A stretch of DNA of 64,000 bases from positions 869,672 to 933,671 of the forward strand of contig CAWIGG010000004.1 of NCBI GenBank assembly GCA_963835575.1, in the 5' to 3' direction. The stretch comes from an uncultured Spirochaetota bacterium. GTDB taxonomy: Bacteria > Spirochaetota > Brevinematia > Brevinematales > JAOACQ01. The position numbers and the translations under genes are program-made. This document shows, in pieces, positions 47,398-58,873 of this stretch (the first letter of the stretch is position 1; each line of letters opens with the position of its first letter). The notes beneath the pieces were generated by a model, which did not search any database, had not been told where the DNA came from, and was given only the letters and a program-made list of their open reading frames with translations.

Positions 47398-50300
47398 TTA
47401 CCATGCAATTGCATTCTTGCCAACTTTTTTGGCTCTGTACATGTTTTTGTCAGCTCTTTCAATAAGCTCGATCCTATTCTCATTTTCAATAAACTCGGCA
47501 ATCCCGATACTGACAGTTACATTAAGCTTCTTTTTAATTGTACTTTTCAAGTGTTCAACCGAATTTTCTTCTATGGAGTTTTTGATTTTTTCCGCCACGA
47601 TTTTTGCATCTTCCACTTTGGTTTCAGTCAGTACCGCAACGAACTCTTCTCCGCCGTATCTGGCGACCAGGTCGCTATTCCTCAGTGAATTATTTATCAT
47701 TTGGGCAACGCTTTTAAGGACTTTGTCTCCTGTCTGATGGCCGTATTTATCGTTAAATTGTTTAAAATTGTCGATATCTATCATCAACAAACAGAGATTT
47801 CTTTTATATCTCTTGGCATTGGACAGGCACTTCATTAAATAATTATCAAAAAAGGTTCTGTTGTAGATGCCGGTAAGCCCGTCAGTAACAGCGCGTTTAT
47901 AAAGCTCGGCATTCTCGATGGAGATGGCCGCCTGCGACGAAAGAATTTGAAGCAATTCCAGCCGTTCGGGTGTAAAAGCGTTGGTTGTGAGATTGTTTTC
48001 TAGGTAAATAATGCCGGTCACTTCCCCTTTGTGGATTATCGGGGTGCAAAGTATTGATTTGGGTTTATGTTCGATGATGTATTTGTCCTGAGTAAAGGCC
48101 CCTTCGCTAGTTGCATCATTCAATATCACAGGCTGTTTTGTTTTGCTGACATAATTCACTATTGCAACCGATAAGTTTACAGAATTATCCACAGGAATTG
48201 ACTTTAATACTATAATCTCTTTTTCATTGCTGTTCTCAGCTTCGATGTAGAGTTTGTTGTCTTCTTCTTTCTTTAATATCATGAATCCCTTCTGGGCACC
48301 GGCATTTTCAATCGAGAGCTTCATAATGATTTCAAGAAGACTTCCCAGGTTGATTTCACTAGATATGGCAAGAGAAGTTTTGATGATGGTGGAAATATCC
48401 AGAGCCTGCATTCCCTTTACCCTCGATAATGAGGTAAGGCCGGTTGAATCCGGGGCTGGTTTGGCATCATAAGTTATCACATTGCCGAGAAGCTCTGGAT
48501 ATTTCGTTTCCAGTTGTCTTATTTTGGATAAAGCACCCCATTTTGCATAGCAGCTGTGTGCCTTAATCATATATTGCTTCGTGCTCTCAATGTTTTTCAT
48601 TTTTTTCATTAAAAGAGCCGCCCGTTCACTGGCAATACCTTCATTTTGAGTATACCCGTTTTCGTTTGCGGATTTGATGGCCTCATCGTAAAAGTTTTTT
48701 GCCTTTTTAAACTGGTGATTGATTAAGGCCATTTCGGCTTCTACCAATAAATACTTATGGAGAAAGTTCTCAGGGCAATTTTTTGCCCAAAGTTTCATCC
48801 GCTTTTGGTTCAGTCTGATGATGCGCTTATATTTCCTGCGGCCCAACCATTTTGCCTCCGGGTACAGGGCCGCCATGGCCAGCGAAGAATAAAAATTCGC
48901 CTCGGTAATGTGAAGATACCCCCTGGCGACCTCCCGTCTGACCACCAGGTCATATAATTCCGCCGAGATTGAGACGCAATTATCGTACTCCCCGAAGAGG
49001 TAATAGACCCTTATTTTGATAAGCAGTAAAAAAAAGATACCAAGGAAAAGTCCGGATTTCCGGTAATTCCGCATAACATCCTCTTCATCGAAGTCCGCAG
49101 TGTTCAGATGACCTGGTGTGTCGGTAAGGCCTTTAAGGCAAAGGAGCATCTGGGCATTTATCCGGTAATTCAGTGCAACAAAGGGATCTTTACTTCCCAG
49201 TTGAAAACTTTTGTACTTTTCGTTTTCTTCCATAATATCATCTATGCCATCCCCCAATATGATGCGGGTGGCGCAGAGAACATTTACCGCATGATGGGCA
49301 AAAATAACATTTCCCACTTCCAGGCAATTTTTATATCCCTCCCGAATGAGATCAAGATCGTATTTTGCATGCTTTGTCCAGTGCTGAACAAAAGCCGCAA
49401 ATGACCAGATGGTAAGACCAATGCTTTTCTTGCTGTCCAGCTTTTCATTGACCTTCATGCCTGTGACGGCGAATCTGTATCCCTGCTGATAAAAGCCGAG
49501 TCCCGCTCCAAGAATGGAGCCGAAAGTGCTTAAAGTAAGTCCCGAATACTCATAATTCCCATGATTCAGGATTTTAGATACTCCCTCAATTATGACATAC
49601 GACCAGATATTGGTGTCATAATAGTAGGCAACGGTGCCTGTATTGATCGCCAATAAGTGCCATATGACATTTTTCGGATCTGTTGCCGGAGGCAGATCAA
49701 TGATATCTTCAATTTTTATTTTTGATTTTTTGAATTGGAAATACAGCCTTATTAGTTTTGAAACTATCATACCCTTGGTGACATGCTCAGGTATTTCGCT
49801 TCCGATCATCCGCATGGCCTCGATACCCAGTGCGAGTGATTCTTTATACTTAGCCATACTGCCGTAGAGTAGGATCATTAAAATATAGCCTCTGGTTTTT
49901 TCATTATCGGTTTTCGCATTCTTCATGATCTCCTTGAATATTTTTTCTGCTTCGGTAAAATTAAGAGTCAGGTATTCGCATTCCATTCTTTCCATTGAAA
50001 GTTCGTAGGCAAGGTCATAATGTTTTATCCAGCAGTCATGGGGAAGAAGGGCATCGGCAGTCCTGGCATAGACGGCAGCGGACGCGTATGCAGTCGAATT
50101 TTTAGCTTTTTTGCATGCCAGGAAATTCAGGCGCGCAAGTCTTATCTTTTCTTTAGCTCTTGATATAAGCGATATCCCCCTGTTGAGATGCCCGACAATA
50201 TAGAATATTTTATCGAATAGCTTTTTCCCTTCGGTTTTTTTGAGCGTCATATTGCCGATTTTATAATGCATTACCGTTTTTTCATGATCCGGAATGAGTG

Positions 50301-52323
50301 AGTAAGCCGCTTCCCGGATTCGGTCGTGATGAAATTTGTATGTGTCCCCATCAAGGCTGACCAGACCTTTTTCGATCGTCTCCGTGAGATCGGCAAGAGT
50401 TTCTTCAATGGGCTTCTCGGAAACAATGGACAATGTTTCAAGATCAAATCTGTTTCCTATGCATGAACATATCTTGATCAAATTCAGGGATTTTTCCCGT
50501 AGAGTGGAAATTATATCCGCCATGAATACGACAATATTGTCCGGGATCTGCATCTGTTCGATCAGGTTAAGATCCCATTTCCACCCGGTTTTAGGGTCGA
50601 ACTTGAAAATATCTTTATTGTAGAGGTTCTTGAAAAATTGAATGACAAAAAAGGGATTTCCCGCGGTCTTTTTGTAGACAATCTCTGTCAGGGCCATCGA
50701 TTCACCGGCTTCGCACCGGAGCGTGTTCATCAGCATAATATTGACTTGGTTTATATCGAGAGGAGCGAGCTCTATGCTGTTTATAGCTTTGCCTCTTTTC
50801 CGGATTTCGTCCAGCGTGAGCGTCAGCGGATGATACAGACTTACCTCGTTGTTCCTGCATGCCCCGATTAATAACAAATACTTTGTACCGTTGCCGGCCA
50901 TTATGTTTTTTAAAAAATTCAGGCTTGCAAGGTCTGCCCACTGGAGATCGTCTAAAAAGAGGACCAGGGGATGTTCTTTCGCGGAAAAAATCCCGATAAG
51001 GTTTTGAAAAACCAGGTTAAATCTGTTCTGAGTCTCCTCCGGACCGAGTATCGGCACTTCCTTCTGTTTTCCGATAACCAGCTCCATTTCAGGAAAGATT
51101 TCAGTAATAATCTTACCGTTAGAACCGATGGCGGAAAGAATCTTATCCTTCCACAGGTTGATTTTCTCATTGCTTTCGGTGAGTATCTGCCTGACAAGGC
51201 TTTGAAAAGCCTGGATAATGGAGCTGTAAGGGACATCCTTTCTGAACTGGTCAAATTTCCCGAAAATGAAATAACCCCTCTTTAAAACAATAGGTTTATA
51301 TAATTCATTCACGAAAGCAGTTTTGCCGATTCCAGGCATTCCTGACACAATTACGATCTCACTTGTGCCTCTGCTAATCCGCTCGAATGATTGCAGCAGA
51401 GCATCAAGTTCCTTTTCCCGGCCTATGATAATCGGGGGAATATTAATTTCAACTGGAATATCCTTTGTAGCAATGGCAAATTCCTCTATTTTATCTTTTT
51501 GTCCAATCTGATTCAGGCAACTAATCATATCTGCCATTAAGCCCTGACAGTTTTGATATCTTTCCTCAGGGTTCTTTGCCAGCAGTTTCATGATAATACT
51601 GGAAATGACCCTGGGGATGGATGGATTAAGCTTGTCCGGCTGGATTGGCTGGCGTGCAATATGCGAATGAATCAACTCCATAGGATCCTTTGCTTCAAAT
51701 GGGCGTGTGCCGGTGAGCATTTCATAAAAAGTTATACCCAGAGAATAAATATCTGTACGGTAATCAACACTCCGGTTCATTCTGCCTGTCTGCTCAGGGG
51801 ACACATAGGGAAGTATTTCTTCGATGACTATCGGGTCATAGAGCTCATCATTTGCATGCGTCAGAACTGTTGATATGCCGAAATTTGTTATTTTGACCTT
51901 TTTCTGCTTCAGGTTGATTAAAATATTATCTGGTCTGATATCCATATGTATGACATGATTTCTATGAAGCATGCTGAGGCTTTCTGAAAGCTGTAATCCG
52001 ATTTGTAAAAACAATTCTAAATCAATCTTCTCCTTCTTTAAAATTTCTTTCAGAGGAATGCCGTTAAAGTTTTCCTCCACGATGGCATAATTGTTTTTAT
52101 GTTCAATCAGATCAAGGGATTTTACAACACCTTCAGCATCGATTCTTTTGATAAGATTATATTCCTGTTTGAATCTTACGATTTCTGATAATGAGGGATT
52201 CTTAGCTTTTAATACTTTTACGATGACGGTCCGAGGCTCGTTTTCTTTTTGTCCACTGTAAACTATGAAGTTCCTCATTTCATGTAATTTTTCCTTCAGG
52301 ATGTAATTTGCAAACCGTTCCAT
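47398..52323 (-). CDS. Ser/Thr (pseudo)kinase-AAA ATPase-helical-GAF-GGDEF diguanylate cyclase
   Basis: HMDIRPDN/KITNFG, SPEQTGR, GMPGIGKT, FLDDLQWAD, GNPFF, GAF (IYLENN), DIDNFK..NDKYGH, RNSD I-site, RYGGEEF. Confidence 0.9.
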   Translation of the reverse strand: MERFANYILKEKLHEMRNFIVYSGQKENEPRTVIVKVLKAKNPSLSEIVRFKQEYNLIKRIDAEGVVKSLDLIEHKNNYAIVEENFNGIPLKEILKKEKIDLELFLQIGLQLSESLSMLHRNHVIHMDIRPDNILINLKQKKVKITNFGISTVLTHANDELYDPIVIEEILPYVSPEQTGRMNRSVDYRTDIYSLGITFYEMLTGTRPFEAKDPMELIHSHIARQPIQPDKLNPSIPRVISSIIMKLLAKNPEERYQNCQGLMADMISCLNQIGQKDKIEEFAIATKDIPVEINIPPIIIGREKELDALLQSFERISRGTSEIVIVSGMPGIGKTAFVNELYKPIVLKRGYFIFGKFDQFRKDVPYSSIIQAFQSLVRQILTESNEKINLWKDKILSAIGSNGKIITEIFPEMELVIGKQKEVPILGPEETQNRFNLVFQNLIGIFSAKEHPLVLFLDDLQWADLASLNFLKNIMAGNGTKYLLLIGACRNNEVSLYHPLTLTLDEIRKRGKAINSIELAPLDINQVNIMLMNTLRCEAGESMALTEIVYKKTAGNPFFVIQFFKNLYNKDIFKFDPKTGWKWDLNLIEQMQIPDNIVVFMADIISTLREKSLNLIKICSCIGNRFDLETLSIVSEKPIEETLADLTETIEKGLVSLDGDTYKFHHDRIREAAYSLIPDHEKTVMHYKIGNMTLKKTEGKKLFDKIFYIVGHLNRGISLISRAKEKIRLARLNFLACKKAKNSTAYASAAVYARTADALLPHDCWIKHYDLAYELSMERMECEYLTLNFTEAEKIFKEIMKNAKTDNEKTRGYILMILLYGSMAKYKESLALGIEAMRMIGSEIPEHVTKGMIVSKLIRLYFQFKKSKIKIEDIIDLPPATDPKNVIWHLLAINTGTVAYYYDTNIWSYVIIEGVSKILNHGNYEYSGLTLSTFGSILGAGLGFYQQGYRFAVTGMKVNEKLDSKKSIGLTIWSFAAFVQHWTKHAKYDLDLIREGYKNCLEVGNVIFAHHAVNVLCATRIILGDGIDDIMEENEKYKSFQLGSKDPFVALNYRINAQMLLCLKGLTDTPGHLNTADFDEEDVMRNYRKSGLFLGIFFLLLIKIRVYYLFGEYDNCVSISAELYDLVVRREVARGYLHITEANFYSSLAMAALYPEAKWLGRRKYKRIIRLNQKRMKLWAKNCPENFLHKYLLVEAEMALINHQFKKAKNFYDEAIKSANENGYTQNEGIASERAALLMKKMKNIESTKQYMIKAHSCYAKWGALSKIRQLETKYPELLGNVITYDAKPAPDSTGLTSLSRVKGMQALDISTIIKTSLAISSEINLGSLLEIIMKLSIENAGAQKGFMILKKEEDNKLYIEAENSNEKEIIVLKSIPVDNSVNLSVAIVNYVSKTKQPVILNDATSEGAFTQDKYIIEHKPKSILCTPIIHKGEVTGIIYLENNLTTNAFTPERLELLQILSSQAAISIENAELYKRAVTDGLTGIYNRTFFDNYLMKCLSNAKRYKRNLCLLMIDIDNFKQFNDKYGHQTGDKVLKSVAQMINNSLRNSDLVARYGGEEFVAVLTETKVEDAKIVAEKIKNSIEENSVEHLKSTIKKKLNVTVSIGIAEFIENENRIELIERADKNMYRAKKVGKNAIAW

Positions 52324-52371
52324 TATTTGAAACCTCTGCTGGAGATGAATTATCCTTTTACTATATCACCA

Positions 52372-55300
52372 CTACATCTTTTTTAATATAACAAGGGACA
52401 CATCATCGTTCTTTTTATATCCCTGAAGATCTTCCAGAATTTTATCTTTGATGTCATTTGGTCTCAGTCTTCCGGAATTCTTCAGGATTTCAGCCAATTT
52501 CTCCTCTGAGAACATCACTCCTTCCTTGTTCCTTGCTTCGGTGATGCCGTCGGTGAACAGGAGAAGGATGTCCCCCGGATTCAGGTTGAGTTCACAGTCG
52601 ATATTCTGCTGATTCATGTCCCAGGGTGAGAGCCATATCCCTTCGGACGGCGTTGTTTCCACAGTGCCGCTTGATGAGCGGTAAACGATAATGTCCTGAT
52701 GCAGACCTGAATACACGGCCTTTCCGTCTTTTCCGATGGAGAAGGCTGTTATTGTCATATATTTGTCTTCATTCATTTTATTCATATTGTATTTTATAGC
52801 CTCGTTCACCGTGGATAATAAATCAGACGGCTTTAAATCGGGATATTTTCTGACAAGCGCCTGTATTGTGGTCTGGACCATCATCATAACAAGACCTGCC
52901 GGAACCCCATGACCGGAAACATCCCCGATAATGACCCAGCTTTTGCTTCCGCTGTTAATGACGTCATAATAATCCCCGCCGACATCGCTGGTGGGTTTCA
53001 TGTACACGGTGATATCGAACCCTTCAATCGAGGGGCTGTCCGGGAGCAAAGCGGATTGAATAGTGGCGGCGATTTTCATCTCTGTTTCCAGCTTTGCCGC
53101 GTTTTCCCTGAGTGCGACAAGCCGGGAGTTTTCTATCGAAATGGCGGCCTGGGTGGAAAGGATCTGCAGCAGTTCCAGGCGTTCGGGAGTAAACGCATGC
53201 GTGGTCAGATTATTCTCCAGATAAAGAATGCCCGCCGTGATTCCCTTGTACCTGATGGGCGTACAGAGGATCGATTTAGGATGGTTTTTATTTATGTAGG
53301 GATCGTTTATGAACTGTTCATCACCGGACGCATCGCTCAACACTATGTTCTCTCCGGTTTTATTGACGTAATTGACAATCGATACCGAAAACGAGCTATT
53401 GCCTTCAACGGGTACCGATTGTAAAACCTCGGCCGCTTCTTCGATCCTGCCGGCCGCTTCAATATAGAGCTTATTATCCGACTTATTTTCCAATATCAGA
53501 AAACCGCGCTGCGCGCCGGCATTTTCAATGGAAAGCTTCATGATATTCATCAGAAGCTTTCCCAGGTCAATTTCACCGGATAATGACTGCGATGTTTTTA
53601 TGACCGTTGTCAAGTCGAGGGAACGGGACCCTGATGAAGAAGATCCTGAGTTTGATCCGGTATCGGCTACAGAGGCTAGACTGGAAGTATTCCTCATGAT
53701 ATTGCTGATGAGCTCCGGATATTTCTCCTCAATATCCTTTAACTTGGCTTCGGCTCCCCATCTCTTATAGCAATAGTGCGCTTCTTTCATATAATTTCCT
53801 GCCCTTTCTAAATTAAGCGTTCTTAACATAAGAAGCGCGGCCCGTTCATAAGCGATCGCCTCATTCTGCTTATAGCCGTTCTCATGGGCCGATTTGATGG
53901 CCTGATCGTAAAGGCTTAAGGACAGTTTAAGGTTCCCTTTCAATTGCGCCAGTTCCGCCTCGATGATAAGATATTTGTGAAGGAAATTTTCATGGCAGTT
54001 ATCAGCCCAGATCTTCATTTTTTTCTGATTGTTTTTGATGATTTTTTCATATTTCTTTTTCTCTCCGTCCCCGGCATCCGGGTATAAAGATGTCAGTACC
54101 AATGAAGAATAAAAATTGGCTTCGGCGATGTGAAGATTGCCGATGGCAATTTTCTTTTCAGCCAGCTGATCCAATTCAAAGACAAACGGCAGACATTCCG
54201 AGTGCTTCCCAAAAAGATAACGGGCGCTGATCAGAGCCAGGGATAAATAATAGACGCCGAGCAGGTTCTTTTCCTCCCTGTAATATTGTATCTGCTTTTC
54301 CTCGTCAAATTCTCCGGAGTTCAATCTGCCCCTCTCATCCGTAAGGCCTTTCAGGCACAGGCATTGCTGTGTTTTTTCAATATAGGCATGCGCGACGAAC
54401 GGGTCTTTGCTGCCCATGAGAAAATCCTTATATTTCCCGTATTCTTCCAGAATTTCATCGATGTTGTCTCCCAGCATAAGGCGGGTCATGATGAGAAGGT
54501 TGATGGCATGCCCGCTGTAAAGCAGATCGCCTTCTTCCAGGCCATGCTTGTAAGCTTCCCTGTAGTAATCAAGGTCGTATTTCGCATGTCCCTTCCAGTG
54601 CTGGATCATCATGGCAAATGCCAATTCTATCCGGCATCTGTTTCTTACGCTCGCGATCTTTTCCTTCAGCTTTAAGGCCGTTTCGCCGAACCGGTAGCCC
54701 TGGTCATAAAGACCGATCCCGGATCCGATAATGGAGCCCAGGGCGCTCAAAGTAAAGGGGGATGACTCATAATTCCCGTATTTGAGTACATTGATCGCGC
54801 CTCCGATGACGGAATAACTGTATAAATTGGCATCGATAAAATAGAGCACCAGATTTATGCTGTTCCGTAAAAAGTGATACGCCAGAATTTCCGGATCTGT
54901 TGTCAATGGAATATTGATAATATCTTCTATCTTTCTCCTGCCGAGCGTAAAATAAAGCCTGAGCAATTGCATCAGTATCATCCCGTTGCTTGCTTTCTTC
55001 GGCAGCTTGATGCCGATCATTTTCAGGCCTTCATAGCCCACTTTGAGCGCCTCCATGTAATTTCCCTGGCTGGTATAGAGTATGACCATGGTATTATAGG
55101 CGTTTGCCTTGTCGACATTGGAATTTGCATTATCAATGATTGTTTGAAATATTCTTTCCGCTTCATTGAAAACATGTGTCAGATATTCGCATTCCATTCT
55201 TTCCATATGCAGGGAATAGGCCAGCTGATAATGGTTCTCCCAGCCGTCATCCGGAAGAAGTTCAATGCCCGTTTTCAAATAAGCGGCGGCGGAAGCATAA

Positions 55301-57534
55301 GCCGTTGAATTTTTTGCCTTTTTGCCGGCCATTAGATTTAATTCCGCGAATTTCAGCTTTTCATCGGGGTCTGATACAAGCCGGATCCCTTTATTGATCT
55401 GATCGACGATATAAAAAATCTTTTCGTATAGATATTTTTCTTCGGTTTTTTGGAGAACGCTTTTACCGATCAGGTAGTGCAATTGCGTCTTTTCATCGTC
55501 TTCCATGAGAGAATAAGCGGCTTCCTGTATCCGGTCATGATGAAATTTATAGGCGTTTCCATGCAGACTGACCAGATCTTCATTAATGGCGGATGTGAGA
55601 TCGGCCAGGGTTGCTTCGATCGATTTTCCGGAAACAATGGACAGCGACTCAAGATCAAACCGGTTCCCGATGCATGCGCATATTTTCAATATATCCTGGG
55701 TGTTTTTGGGGAGACTGGAGATTTTCCCCGCCATAAATTCTACAACATTACCGGTGACCTGCATTTCTTCAATCTTATTTATGTCCCATTCCCAGCCGGT
55801 CTGGGGGTTTAATTCCAGGATCCGGTTGTCATAAATCGTTTTTAAAAATTGAATCACGAAAAACGGGTTTCCGCCGGTTTTCTTGTGGATCAGCCCTGTC
55901 AGGGGCATTGATTTTTCCGCTTCACAGCGGAGGATTTTTGTTATCATGATATTTATGAATTTCTCTTCCAGCGGGTTGAGAAGTATTTTATTGACTTTTT
56001 TTCCGCTTTTTTGAATTTCATCGATGTTAATCGAAAGCGAATGATACTCGCTGACTTCATTATCCCGGTATGCTCCGATCAGAAACAGAAATTTTGTGTC
56101 CCGGTTCGTTATGATGGTTTTCAGCAGCTTTAAACTCGCCAGATCGGCCCATTGAATGTCATCCAAAAAAATGGCCAGGGGATGGTCTTCGGCAGTAAAA
56201 ACATTGATAAAATTTTGAAACACCAGGTTGAATCTGTTTTGAGATTCTTCCGGTCCGAGTACAGGCACTTCAGGCTGTTTGCCGATAATAAGCTCCAGCT
56301 CCGGTATAACGGATGTGATGACTCTTCCGTTCGGGCCGAGGGAAGAGAGCAGCTTTTCTTTCCATTCGGTAATTCTCTCTTCGCTTTCGGCAATTATCTG
56401 CCTGATAAGGCTCTGGAATGCTTGAATGATGGAACTGTACGGAACGCCTTTTCTGAGTTGTTCGTATTTGCCGAAGATAAAATATCCCTTTCTTGCCACG
56501 ATGGGTTTATGTATTTCATTAATCAGGGCGGATTTTCCGATGCCCGGATGTCCCAAAACAAGAATCATCTCCCCGGATCCTTTGCCGGCCGTTTCGAAGG
56601 CTTCCATCAAAATCTCGAGTTCTTTTTCCCGGCCGACAATGATTTGAGGGATGTTTAATTTTAATGAAATATCCTTTGTTCCGAGGGGGAATTCGTCAAT
56701 CTGGCCTTTCTGATGTATCTGATTTAAGCAGGCGCTTATGTCCTCTTTTAAACCAAGGCTGTTTTGATATCTTTCCTCCGGCGTCTTTGACAGCAGCTTC
56801 ATTATAATATCTGAAATGACGGCCGGTACGGCAGGATTCAATTCCTTGGGCGGCCGCGGCTGACGCGCGATATGCGAATGAATGATTTCCATAGGGTCTT
56901 TTGATTTGAATGGGACCTCGCCGGTCAGCATTTCATAAAAGGCTATTCCGAGCGAATACAGGTCAGTCCTGTAATCGACGCTTCGGTTCATCCTGCCGGT
57001 TTGCTCCGGAGACATATAATAAAGCGTTCCCTGTATGACATCGGGGTTGTATATTTCATCATTGGAATGCGTTAAAACTGTTGAAATCCCGAAATCGGTG
57101 ATTTTGACCTTGCCTTCCTTCAGATTGATCAGAATATTATCCGGCTTAATATCCAGGTGAATAATATTGTTTTTATGAAGTATTCCGAGGCTGTCGGATA
57201 GTTTTAATGCAATCTGCAGGAAGGCGATGATATTGATTTTTTTTGTTTTGATGAGTTCTTTTAAGGAAATTCCGTCGAAATCCTCTTCAATGATGGCATA
57301 GGCGTCATGATACTTAACCAGATCGTATGTTTTGATAATTCCGTCCACATTGAGATTTTTTACCAGGCTGTATTCCTGCTTGAACCTGGCGACTTCCGAA
57401 GGCGTGGGGTATTTGGTTTTCAGAACCTTAATAATGACGGTATTGGCTTCATTCTCTTTTTTACCGCGGTAAATAATGGAGTTTCTTGTTTCATGAATTT
57501 TTTCCTGGAGGGTGTATTCCGAAAATTTTTCCAT
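52372..57534 (-). CDS. Ser/Thr kinase-AAA ATPase-helical-GAF-SpoIIE/PP2C phosphatase
   Basis: HLDIKPDN/KITDFG, GHPGIGKS, FLDDIQWAD, GAF, VGGDYYD, IGDVSGHG, FTDGITE, DDVSL. Confidence 0.9.
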   Translation of the reverse strand: MEKFSEYTLQEKIHETRNSIIYRGKKENEANTVIIKVLKTKYPTPSEVARFKQEYSLVKNLNVDGIIKTYDLVKYHDAYAIIEEDFDGISLKELIKTKKINIIAFLQIALKLSDSLGILHKNNIIHLDIKPDNILINLKEGKVKITDFGISTVLTHSNDEIYNPDVIQGTLYYMSPEQTGRMNRSVDYRTDLYSLGIAFYEMLTGEVPFKSKDPMEIIHSHIARQPRPPKELNPAVPAVISDIIMKLLSKTPEERYQNSLGLKEDISACLNQIHQKGQIDEFPLGTKDISLKLNIPQIIVGREKELEILMEAFETAGKGSGEMILVLGHPGIGKSALINEIHKPIVARKGYFIFGKYEQLRKGVPYSSIIQAFQSLIRQIIAESEERITEWKEKLLSSLGPNGRVITSVIPELELIIGKQPEVPVLGPEESQNRFNLVFQNFINVFTAEDHPLAIFLDDIQWADLASLKLLKTIITNRDTKFLFLIGAYRDNEVSEYHSLSINIDEIQKSGKKVNKILLNPLEEKFINIMITKILRCEAEKSMPLTGLIHKKTGGNPFFVIQFLKTIYDNRILELNPQTGWEWDINKIEEMQVTGNVVEFMAGKISSLPKNTQDILKICACIGNRFDLESLSIVSGKSIEATLADLTSAINEDLVSLHGNAYKFHHDRIQEAAYSLMEDDEKTQLHYLIGKSVLQKTEEKYLYEKIFYIVDQINKGIRLVSDPDEKLKFAELNLMAGKKAKNSTAYASAAAYLKTGIELLPDDGWENHYQLAYSLHMERMECEYLTHVFNEAERIFQTIIDNANSNVDKANAYNTMVILYTSQGNYMEALKVGYEGLKMIGIKLPKKASNGMILMQLLRLYFTLGRRKIEDIINIPLTTDPEILAYHFLRNSINLVLYFIDANLYSYSVIGGAINVLKYGNYESSPFTLSALGSIIGSGIGLYDQGYRFGETALKLKEKIASVRNRCRIELAFAMMIQHWKGHAKYDLDYYREAYKHGLEEGDLLYSGHAINLLIMTRLMLGDNIDEILEEYGKYKDFLMGSKDPFVAHAYIEKTQQCLCLKGLTDERGRLNSGEFDEEKQIQYYREEKNLLGVYYLSLALISARYLFGKHSECLPFVFELDQLAEKKIAIGNLHIAEANFYSSLVLTSLYPDAGDGEKKKYEKIIKNNQKKMKIWADNCHENFLHKYLIIEAELAQLKGNLKLSLSLYDQAIKSAHENGYKQNEAIAYERAALLMLRTLNLERAGNYMKEAHYCYKRWGAEAKLKDIEEKYPELISNIMRNTSSLASVADTGSNSGSSSSGSRSLDLTTVIKTSQSLSGEIDLGKLLMNIMKLSIENAGAQRGFLILENKSDNKLYIEAAGRIEEAAEVLQSVPVEGNSSFSVSIVNYVNKTGENIVLSDASGDEQFINDPYINKNHPKSILCTPIRYKGITAGILYLENNLTTHAFTPERLELLQILSTQAAISIENSRLVALRENAAKLETEMKIAATIQSALLPDSPSIEGFDITVYMKPTSDVGGDYYDVINSGSKSWVIIGDVSGHGVPAGLVMMMVQTTIQALVRKYPDLKPSDLLSTVNEAIKYNMNKMNEDKYMTITAFSIGKDGKAVYSGLHQDIIVYRSSSGTVETTPSEGIWLSPWDMNQQNIDCELNLNPGDILLLFTDGITEARNKEGVMFSEEKLAEILKNSGRLRPNDIKDKILEDLQGYKKNDDVSLVILKKM

Positions 57535-57791
57535 AATTTTCCCCTTGTTTGATATCAAGATTAATCATGTGATGGAGCCTTAGAAACAAATTAAATGATT
57601 TTTGAATTATGCGCAGTTAATTTTTAAAGTCTGTATTTCTTGATAAGAGATTTTATATTCCAATTAAAAATATAGCAATAGCTAAATTTTAAATAATCAT
57701 GACAATCAGGGAATTCAAAAAACGCTGAAATTCTCGGGGACGATCGATTTTTCTGGCAAAAATATTCGGGTTGGTTTTTCTTCGGTAAGTT

Positions 57792-58361
57792 TTACCAATT
57801 CTCGTTCTTATAAATCAGCGACATAAACTCGCTGCGCGTCGTGTGCGACGTCCGGAAGCCGCCCAGAACGGAAGAGGTGATCATGTTCGAATTCTGCTTT
57901 TCCACGCCGCGCATCATCATGCAGAGGTGGCGCGCTTCGATGACAACGCCGACGCCTTCCGTGTCGATCGAGTCGTAAACCGCGCGGGCGATCTGGTCCG
58001 TCAGGCGCTCCTGGATCTGAAGGCGGCGGGAATACATGTCGACGATCCTGGCGAGTTTGCTGGCGCCGAGTACCTTCCCCTTGGCGATATAGCCGATATG
58101 GCAGCGGCCGAAAAAGGGCAGCATATGGTGCTCGCACATGCTGTATAGTTCGATGTCTTTTATTATGATCATATTGTTGGTTTCCTGCTGGAAGATGGCC
58201 TTATTGATAACTTTTTTTAAATCGGTTTTATATCCGGAAGTCAGAAACTTAATTGATTCGGCAAAACGGTGAGGCGTTTTCAAAAGTCCCTGCCTGTCCG
58301 GGTCCTCGCCCATCTCAATGATCAACTCGCGCGCGAGGCTTTCGACTTTTTTAATGTCCAT
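57792..58361 (-). CDS. folE: GTP cyclohydrolase I
   Basis: [42 protein letters not shown]. Confidence 0.96.
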   Translation of the reverse strand: MDIKKVESLARELIIEMGEDPDRQGLLKTPHRFAESIKFLTSGYKTDLKKVINKAIFQQETNNMIIIKDIELYSMCEHHMLPFFGRCHIGYIAKGKVLGASKLARIVDMYSRRLQIQERLTDQIARAVYDSIDTEGVGVVIEARHLCMMMRGVEKQNSNMITSSVLGGFRTSHTTRSEFMSLIYKNENW

Positions 58362-58872
58362 TGCTTAAAATCCTCCTCAGTTTCTTTGTATATCCCAATA
58401 AAGGTTTCATATCGTTCTCTTTTAAATTTTCAGCGATCTGGCCGATGGTTAATCTCCATTCTGGAAACGACATTTCATTATCCAGTTCAAAGAGCGGTAT
58501 CGCCAGAAAGGGCCTTTTCAGGATATGGGGATCGGGGATGTCCAGGTCCTTGTCATGGACGGAAAGCCGGCCAAAGACAAGAATATCCAGGTCTATGGGT
58601 CGTGATGCGGATTTATCCCCGGTCCTTTTCCGGCCCAGTTTTTCCTCGATCATCCTCAGGATCAGAAGTTTAAGGTCGGTGGGGGAGTAATGCGTTTCAA
58701 TCTTCACAACTCCGTTATAATATAAGAGCTGATCCGGCCTGTCAACCGGTTCAGTCTTATAAAAGGTCGAAATCCCGGTGATATTGACATCTTTAGAAAG
58801 CAGATCCAGGGCTTCGATGATGTTTTTTTCCGGTTCAATATTGGAGCCCATGCCGATATAAGCGGTTTCCAT
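58351..58872 (-). CDS. folK: 6-hydroxymethyl-7,8-dihydropterin pyrophosphokinase
   Basis: [39 protein letters not shown]. Confidence 0.92.
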   Translation of the reverse strand: METAYIGMGSNIEPEKNIIEALDLLSKDVNITGISTFYKTEPVDRPDQLLYYNGVVKIETHYSPTDLKLLILRMIEEKLGRKRTGDKSASRPIDLDILVFGRLSVHDKDLDIPDPHILKRPFLAIPLFELDNEMSFPEWRLTIGQIAENLKENDMKPLLGYTKKLRRILSNGH

Positions 58873-58873
58873 T

